A stretch of 10,219 nt of DNA from Deltaproteobacteria bacterium. GTDB taxonomy: Bacteria > Myxococcota_A > UBA9160 > SMWR01. The first letter of the stretch is position 1. Every line of letters begins with the position of its first letter. Shown here in pieces: positions 5,228 to 10,219 of this stretch. Position numbers and translations under genes: made by a program. Below the pieces are notes generated by a model, which ran no database searches, was not told the DNA's origin, and saw nothing but the letters and a program-made list of their open reading frames with translations. The stretch is taken from NCBI GenBank assembly GCA_032128375.1, contig JAQBGU010000104.1, positions 1 to 10,219 of the forward strand. The letters are read 5' to 3'.

Positions 5228-6777
5228 GATCGGAGCTTCGGGTCGCACTCGTTTTGTGGAGCAAAGCCCGCGTTGTCGCCGGGGTCATCGCTTGGCTGGT
5301 CGCATGTCCTGCGCTGGCTGAGGATTTGTTCGACGTGATGGAGATCGCGAGTCAGGGGCGCACGCTCTCGGCCGAGATTGCGGATCTCAACGGCGACGGG
5401 CTGAACGATCTGTTGCAGTTCACCTCCACGGGGCTGCCACCCGACGACTCGCGGTCGATCCGCGCTTACCTGCAGTCTCCGGAGGGTATTCCGACCCTAC
5501 CGAGCTTCGAGACGCCGGTCCCGTCCGGCGTTGCCGCCTACGACCTGGGCGATGTGCTCGACCGTCCCGGGATCGAGATTCTATTACTTCGGCCGAAGGG
5601 ACTCACCGTGCTGTCGCTCGCGGAAATGGCGGGTGGCACTCCGCTGGCGGTGGACCTCCCGCTTCCCGGCGCGATGAGTGTCGGGGCCGGTGAAGACGAG
5701 CGCGGCTTGGATCGGATCGAGATCGTCACCGATGCGTTTGGTCCGATGCCTTGGCTCCAGGTCCCAGGCTTTGGCGAAACCTTCTTCTTGGCAGCGGACG
5801 GTCGCGTGCGCGCCCGGGTCGACGTGGGTGGCCGTGCCAACTACTTCATTCAACCCCCCGGTCCCATATTTGCCGAGAGCGACATTCAGCTCTATTTCGA
5901 CGCGCCCCGCATGGCCATGGGAGATGTCGACGGGGACGGTCGCGTCGATATTGTGAGCGCTTCGCGGCACGAGCTGAGGGTCTTCTTGCAACACGAGGAC
6001 GGTCGCTTCCCACACGCTCCCGATCGGACGATTGCTCTGCGTAGAGTCAGCGAGAACGATCACATCCGTGGTTCGGGCTCCGTCCGGACAATCGCCCGAG
6101 ACATCGATGGCGATGGGTTACTGGACCTGTTGATTTCGGAAACGCGGGGGGGGATCACCGACGCAAGTGCTGTGAGTTCGGTCTACTTGAACAGCGAGGG
6201 TGATTGGAATCTCGATGAGCCCGATGCTGTGTACCCCTCGCAAGATGCAGTATCCACCGACCTGCTGATCGACCTCGACGCCAACGGTCGGTTCGAGCTG
6301 GTCCGCTATGTAGTGCCGATCAACGTCCTGGAACTCGTCGAGGTTTTCGTCACACGTGCGGTGGACGCCAACCTGTCCATCTACGCGGCGACCACCGGGC
6401 GCGCGTATCTCGATAGTCCGGTGTACAAGCGCAAATTGGACATACCACTCGATTTCGAAACCTCACGACCCAAGGGCTTTATCCCTACTTTCGAATTCGA
6501 TTTGAATGGCGATGGGTTGCGTGATTTCCTCGCATCGAGCGACGGGACGGAGATCGAGGTGGCGCTGGCGACACAGAAGCTCGAATTCCCGAAACGAGCT
6601 GGAACACAGGCGATTCCGTCCGAGGGAGCGGTGCGCGGCGGGGACCTCAATCACGATGGCCTGACGGATCTCGTGATCTTCAACTCACGGCGGTACCACC
6701 AATCGATCTACCTGGCGATCAATCGGGGCGCTCTGTCCGGTACTCGGCCAGGCGGCTCTTTGAGTGCGCCAGAATAA
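5224..6777 (+). CDS. Secreted FG-GAP/VCBS repeat (beta-propeller) protein
   Basis: Six Ca-binding D-x-[ND]-x-[DN]-G-x-x-[DE] repeats (DLNGDGLNDL, DVDGDGRVDIV, DIDGDGLLDLL, DLDANGRFEL, DLNGDGLRDF, DLNHDGLTDL). Hydrophobic signal peptide ending ALA-EDL. Probable TTG start at 5224 overlapping the nitroreductase TGA; start uncertain. Confidence 0.85.
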   Translation: MRSELRVALVLWSKARVVAGVIAWLVACPALAEDLFDVMEIASQGRTLSAEIADLNGDGLNDLLQFTSTGLPPDDSRSIRAYLQSPEGIPTLPSFETPVPSGVAAYDLGDVLDRPGIEILLLRPKGLTVLSLAEMAGGTPLAVDLPLPGAMSVGAGEDERGLDRIEIVTDAFGPMPWLQVPGFGETFFLAADGRVRARVDVGGRANYFIQPPGPIFAESDIQLYFDAPRMAMGDVDGDGRVDIVSASRHELRVFLQHEDGRFPHAPDRTIALRRVSENDHIRGSGSVRTIARDIDGDGLLDLLISETRGGITDASAVSSVYLNSEGDWNLDEPDAVYPSQDAVSTDLLIDLDANGRFELVRYVVPINVLELVEVFVTRAVDANLSIYAATTGRAYLDSPVYKRKLDIPLDFETSRPKGFIPTFEFDLNGDGLRDFLASSDGTEIEVALATQKLEFPKRAGTQAIPSEGAVRGGDLNHDGLTDLVIFNSRRYHQSIYLAINRGALSGTRPGGSLSAPE

Positions 6778-6796
6778 CCGCCCGACCCCACAGCCT

Positions 6797-7873
6797 TCAG
6801 GCCCCCAACCTGCGCGCAAACTCCAATGCGCGCTGCGCGAGCGGGCGCACGTTCTTGATCATCTCCCTGGCGTGCTCGCTGGCGGCCGTACCATCGCGGA
6901 CTCGGCCCGCGATGCCCTGCAGGATCGCGGTGGTACGAAACAGGTTGTAGGCGAGGTAGAAATCGAGCGTTTCGATCGGCGCGCGATCGACCCGGCTGCA
7001 ATACGCGTTGACGTACTCAATCTCTGTCGGAATCCCGAGTTCGCGAAGCCGCTCGTCATCGAGGCCTTCGAAATTGCCGCCCGGCGATCGACGCTGGGAT
7101 AGCTGGTAGGTGAGATCTCCGAGTGGATGCCCCAACGTGCACAGTTCCCAATCGAGAACCGCGATGATCCGCGGCTCGCTCGGATGTGTGACCATGTTGT
7201 CTAGCTTGTAGTCGCCATGAACGATGGAAATCGAATCGTCGTCGGGAATGTTCTCCGGAAGCCACTCCATCAGACGGTCGACCTCGGGGATTCGTTCTGT
7301 CTCGGAGGCTCGGTATTGTTTCGACCAGCGCCCGATCTGACGAGCGAAATAGTTCCCGGGCCGCCCGAAATCTTCGAGCCCGAGCGCGGCAAAGTCGATG
7401 GTGTGAAGACGGGCCAACACCTCGTTCATCGAGTCGTAGATTTCCCGCCGCTCATCTCGGTTCTGACCGGGAAGTAGCGAGTCCCACATCACGCGGCCTT
7501 CGACACACTCCATGATGTAGAAGGCTGTTCCGATTACCGTCTCGTCTCGACACAACGCGTGAGCTTTGGGCACCGGGAAGTCGACTTTGTTCAGTGCGCT
7601 GATGATTCGATACTCGCGGTCGACAGCGTGCGCCGACGGTAACAGCACGCCGGGTGGCTTGCGCCGCATGACGAGCGGACCACTGGGACTCGTGAGACGA
7701 TAGGTGGGATTGGACTGGCCTCCGTTGAATTCTCGAACCTCGAGCGGCCCCCGAAAGCCTGCGACCTCAGCTTCCAGATACTCTTCGAGCCGGCGCTGAT
7801 CGAACTGATGTCTTTCACCGACCTGCCGGGTTCCGCTGAAGCGCTGTTGCAGGTCGATCGAATCCCTGGTCAT
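6797..7873 (-). CDS. APH/choline-kinase-like phosphotransferase family protein (resembles the ACAD10/11 kinase domain)
   Basis: 'GGQSNPTY', 'MRRKPPG.LLPSAHAVDREYRII.AL', 'IVHGDYKLDN', 'AVLDWELCTLGHPLGDL'; GGAGG RBS upstream. Confidence 0.93.
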   Translation of the reverse strand: MTRDSIDLQQRFSGTRQVGERHQFDQRRLEEYLEAEVAGFRGPLEVREFNGGQSNPTYRLTSPSGPLVMRRKPPGVLLPSAHAVDREYRIISALNKVDFPVPKAHALCRDETVIGTAFYIMECVEGRVMWDSLLPGQNRDERREIYDSMNEVLARLHTIDFAALGLEDFGRPGNYFARQIGRWSKQYRASETERIPEVDRLMEWLPENIPDDDSISIVHGDYKLDNMVTHPSEPRIIAVLDWELCTLGHPLGDLTYQLSQRRSPGGNFEGLDDERLRELGIPTEIEYVNAYCSRVDRAPIETLDFYLAYNLFRTTAILQGIAGRVRDGTAASEHAREMIKNVRPLAQRALEFARRLGA

Positions 7874-8191
7874 GTGCCGATCCCCTCCTTCCCTTTCTTA
7901 CCGTTTCCACTCCTTGGGGGGACTGGCAGTCCCCGCGAACCCACTGGGACGGTACCCCAAGCAGCTTGCTCCGAGCCGCTCACGGCTGAGCAGCGCAAAC
8001 CGAGCTGCGCAGGGTCAAGTGGGAAGACTGGAGGCCGCCGTTCGCGATGGCGCTTGCCCGATGGCGATCTGTGTGAGATCGAATTGCGATGTAAACTAGC
8101 TGCACTCTGGCCGGCACGCGGCCATTGCTCCCGCGTCATCGGGTGCTCCGGTTTCCGGGTCGCCCCGGCTCTGTGGGGGGGCAGTAGGGCT

Positions 8192-9298
8192 ATGGAAACT
8201 TTGCACGTCACCTATTTTCTCGATGTCGATGCCGGAAGTGAGTTCTCGCGCGCCGAAGACATCGCTTTGGAGCAGACCGTGGAAGTTCCGCGTTCAGCGA
8301 TCTGCGATGCGTTCGTGGCGAACGAGATCCAGGGACGTGTAGAAGCTCTCGTCGAAGCTCCCAACGGTGGATTCCACGCGACGGTTGCATATTCGGCAGA
8401 GACCACGGCGCTCGATCCGGCGCAGCTCATCAACGTGGTCTTTGGAAATTCGTCTCTTCACACCGATATTCAATGCGTCGACGTCGAGTTTCCGAACAAT
8501 GTATTGGCGGCAATGGGCGGCCCACGGTTCGGGATTTCCGGAATTCGCAAGGCGGTTGGTGTGTACGACCGGCCGCTGACGTGCACGGCGATCAAACCCA
8601 TGGGGCTGTCACCCTATGCGCTCGCGGACTTGCTGCGTGTGTTCGCGCGCGCGGGCATCGACGTGATCAAAGACGACCATGGACTGGCGAACCATTCTTT
8701 CTGTCCGTTCGAACAGCGCGTGTCCGCCTGTCTGGCTGCAATCCAGGAGGTCGCGGACGAGACCGGTCACCACGCGACCTATGTTCCGAACCTCATCGGC
8801 ACACCGCGAAAAGTCTTCGACCAGCTGGCGATCGCGCAAGACCAGGGTGTCCGAGCCGTGATGGTCTCCCCGATGTTGATCGGACTCCCAACCTTCTGGG
8901 AACTCTGTCACGAGCGTGCATCCGTGCCAGTGTTGGCCCACCCCGCGTTCGGGGGGATACAGAGGATGGCGCCTCTCGCCCTATTCGGCAAAATTTTCCG
9001 ACTCTACGGTGCGGACGCGGTGATATTCGTGAATTTTGGAAGTCGCTTCAGCACCAGCGAGCAGATCTGCAGAGAACTCGCTCTGGCGTTAGTCGCGCCG
9101 TGGTCGGGTCTGCAAACTTCGCTACCGGTACCCGCTGGCGGAATCGCGGTCGAAAGCGTCGCGACGGTGCTCGATTTCTACGGCCCTGACACCATGATGT
9201 TGATAGGCGGGAACCTTCAGGTCGATCCGATGACGATCCCACAAAGAAGCCGTGAGTTCGCCGATACAGTTCGGAACCATTTTGCAGGCAACCACTAG
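8192..9298 (+). CDS. RuBisCO-like protein (form IV RLP), KDDH type
   Basis: Likely ATG at 8192 (368 aa). 'IALEQTVE', 'FGNSSL', 'GPRFGISGIR', 'RPLTCTAIKPMGLS', 'GIDVIKDDHGL', 'PVLAHPA', 'PVPAGG', 'IGG'. His replaces the Glu of the RuBisCO KDDE motif. Confidence 0.92.
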   Translation: METLHVTYFLDVDAGSEFSRAEDIALEQTVEVPRSAICDAFVANEIQGRVEALVEAPNGGFHATVAYSAETTALDPAQLINVVFGNSSLHTDIQCVDVEFPNNVLAAMGGPRFGISGIRKAVGVYDRPLTCTAIKPMGLSPYALADLLRVFARAGIDVIKDDHGLANHSFCPFEQRVSACLAAIQEVADETGHHATYVPNLIGTPRKVFDQLAIAQDQGVRAVMVSPMLIGLPTFWELCHERASVPVLAHPAFGGIQRMAPLALFGKIFRLYGADAVIFVNFGSRFSTSEQICRELALALVAPWSGLQTSLPVPAGGIAVESVATVLDFYGPDTMMLIGGNLQVDPMTIPQRSREFADTVRNHFAGNH

Positions 9299-9364
9299 GG
9301 GCGAATTCTTCAGCTGTCGTCGCCTGCACGCTAGAGCCGGCGCTCTGCCGAGAGTGTCCAGTCG

Positions 9365-10219
9365 CTAGAACAAATCCAGCTGGTGTGGTTCGCCGAGCAC
9401 CTCGTCGAAGTCGCGGCCGAGGTGCGACAGGATGGCTTCGGCGATCGGCCGCAAGACCCGGTCGACGTAGTGTCGGCGATCGATACCGTCGGGCAGATTG
9501 CGGCCGACAATCACGGGTTCTGGACCGCTCTGCGTGATCAGGTAGCGAATGATCGGTCCAATCTGCCCACCGGCTTTGCGTGCCGCCTGGATGTGGGGTG
9601 GGGTCGACGCCGTGTAGCGATCGACTGATCCCTTGCGCAGCCGCTTCGCGTAGACGAGTTCCGAATCGAATACGCCGGCGCGTGTCTTTTCGACAAGGTC
9701 GGTGACGAATGGAACCACCGGTTGATCCTGAAACAGCCGCTCCAGCATCCCGCGCTGCAAGCGTTGTGCGATCGCGGGCCAGTCTCGTCTGACGCTTTCC
9801 AGCCCGATGACTTCGAGCTTTCCGCCAATCCAACCGGCATAGCGTTTCTTGCTCCCCGTCGATCCGCCCCGGATCGTCGGAAGAAAGAGTCGATCGTAGA
9901 CGCGCTCCAGTTCGAGAAGCAGTTTCGACTCGACCCGATACTCTTCGCGTATTCGCTCGGCGATGCGCTGCCCCACCCGATTACGCAGCTTCTCCGCCTC
10001 TGCGCGGGCTACGGCACCGTGAGCCTCGCTTGCCAACTGCACGAAGACCGAATCGGTATCGCCGTACAACACATCCACGCCCTCGCGCTCGAATTCGTCG
10101 CGTGTCCAGTACAGGATCTGTTGACCGAAGCAGGTGATCGCATTGGCGACTGCCGGGTCGAAAAAACGGCAACCCGCCGCGCCCAGCACCCCGAACATCG
10201 CGTTCATCATGATCTTGAT
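9365..10219 (-). CDS. polB: DNA polymerase II (family B), C-terminal part; begins beyond the right edge
   Basis: The frame is open to the window edge (IKIMMNAMFGVLG, motif B). Also 'YGDTDSVFV' (motif C), 'GSKKRYAG', 'GLESVRRDW', 'LVY.KRLRK', 'PPHIQAARK' and a C-terminal beta-clamp motif QLDLF. Confidence 0.95.
   Translation of the reverse strand: MKIMMNAMFGVLGAAGCRFFDPAVANAITCFGQQILYWTRDEFEREGVDVLYGDTDSVFVQLASEAHGAVARAEAEKLRNRVGQRIAERIREEYRVESKLLLELERVYDRLFLPTIRGGSTGSKKRYAGWIGGKLEVIGLESVRRDWPAIAQRLQRGMLERLFQDQPVVPFVTDLVEKTRAGVFDSELVYAKRLRKGSVDRYTASTPPHIQAARKAGGQIGPIIRYLITQSGPEPVIVGRNLPDGIDRRHYVDRVLRPIAEAILSHLGRDFDEVLGEPHQLDLF

Noticed and set aside
7808..8191. 128-aa N-terminal extension of the RuBisCO-like protein
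   Set aside because: It overlaps the divergent phosphotransferase start and its leader; RLP similarity begins near Met at 8192.
8192..9298. True CO2-fixing RuBisCO (cbbL/cbbM)
   Set aside because: It is short (368 aa), has KDDH rather than KDDE, lacks the GGLDF context, and there are no cbbS or prk neighbours.
8473..9833. Long Arg-rich shadow ORFs 8473..9189 and 9048..9833
   Set aside because: They are alternative-frame products of GC-rich coding sequence overlapping the RLP and polB.

Overview
The window has two parts. The left part (1-~3100) looks like the end of an integrated mobile element. It contains a tyrosine recombinase on the minus strand that is missing from the ORF track and runs off the left edge, and a co-oriented Cys-rich phage-type protein. 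Both genes have paralogous, hairpin-rich 5' leaders with identical spacing to ATG. A complete IS630 element is inserted at a CTAG site, followed by a G/T-skewed 9-/10-bp tandem repeat tract with three tandem GCTGGTGG octamers; an inverted composite copy of those repeat units lies at 594-614. The right part (3106-10219) is ordinary GC-rich bacterial chromosome: a Dabb-family protein, an AraC regulator with three 17-bp upstream repeats, a nitroreductase, a secreted FG-GAP repeat protein, an APH-family phosphotransferase, a stand-alone form IV RuBisCO-like protein (KDDH motif) and the 3' end of DNA polymerase II. All family calls come from motif recognition by eye; no database searches were run.
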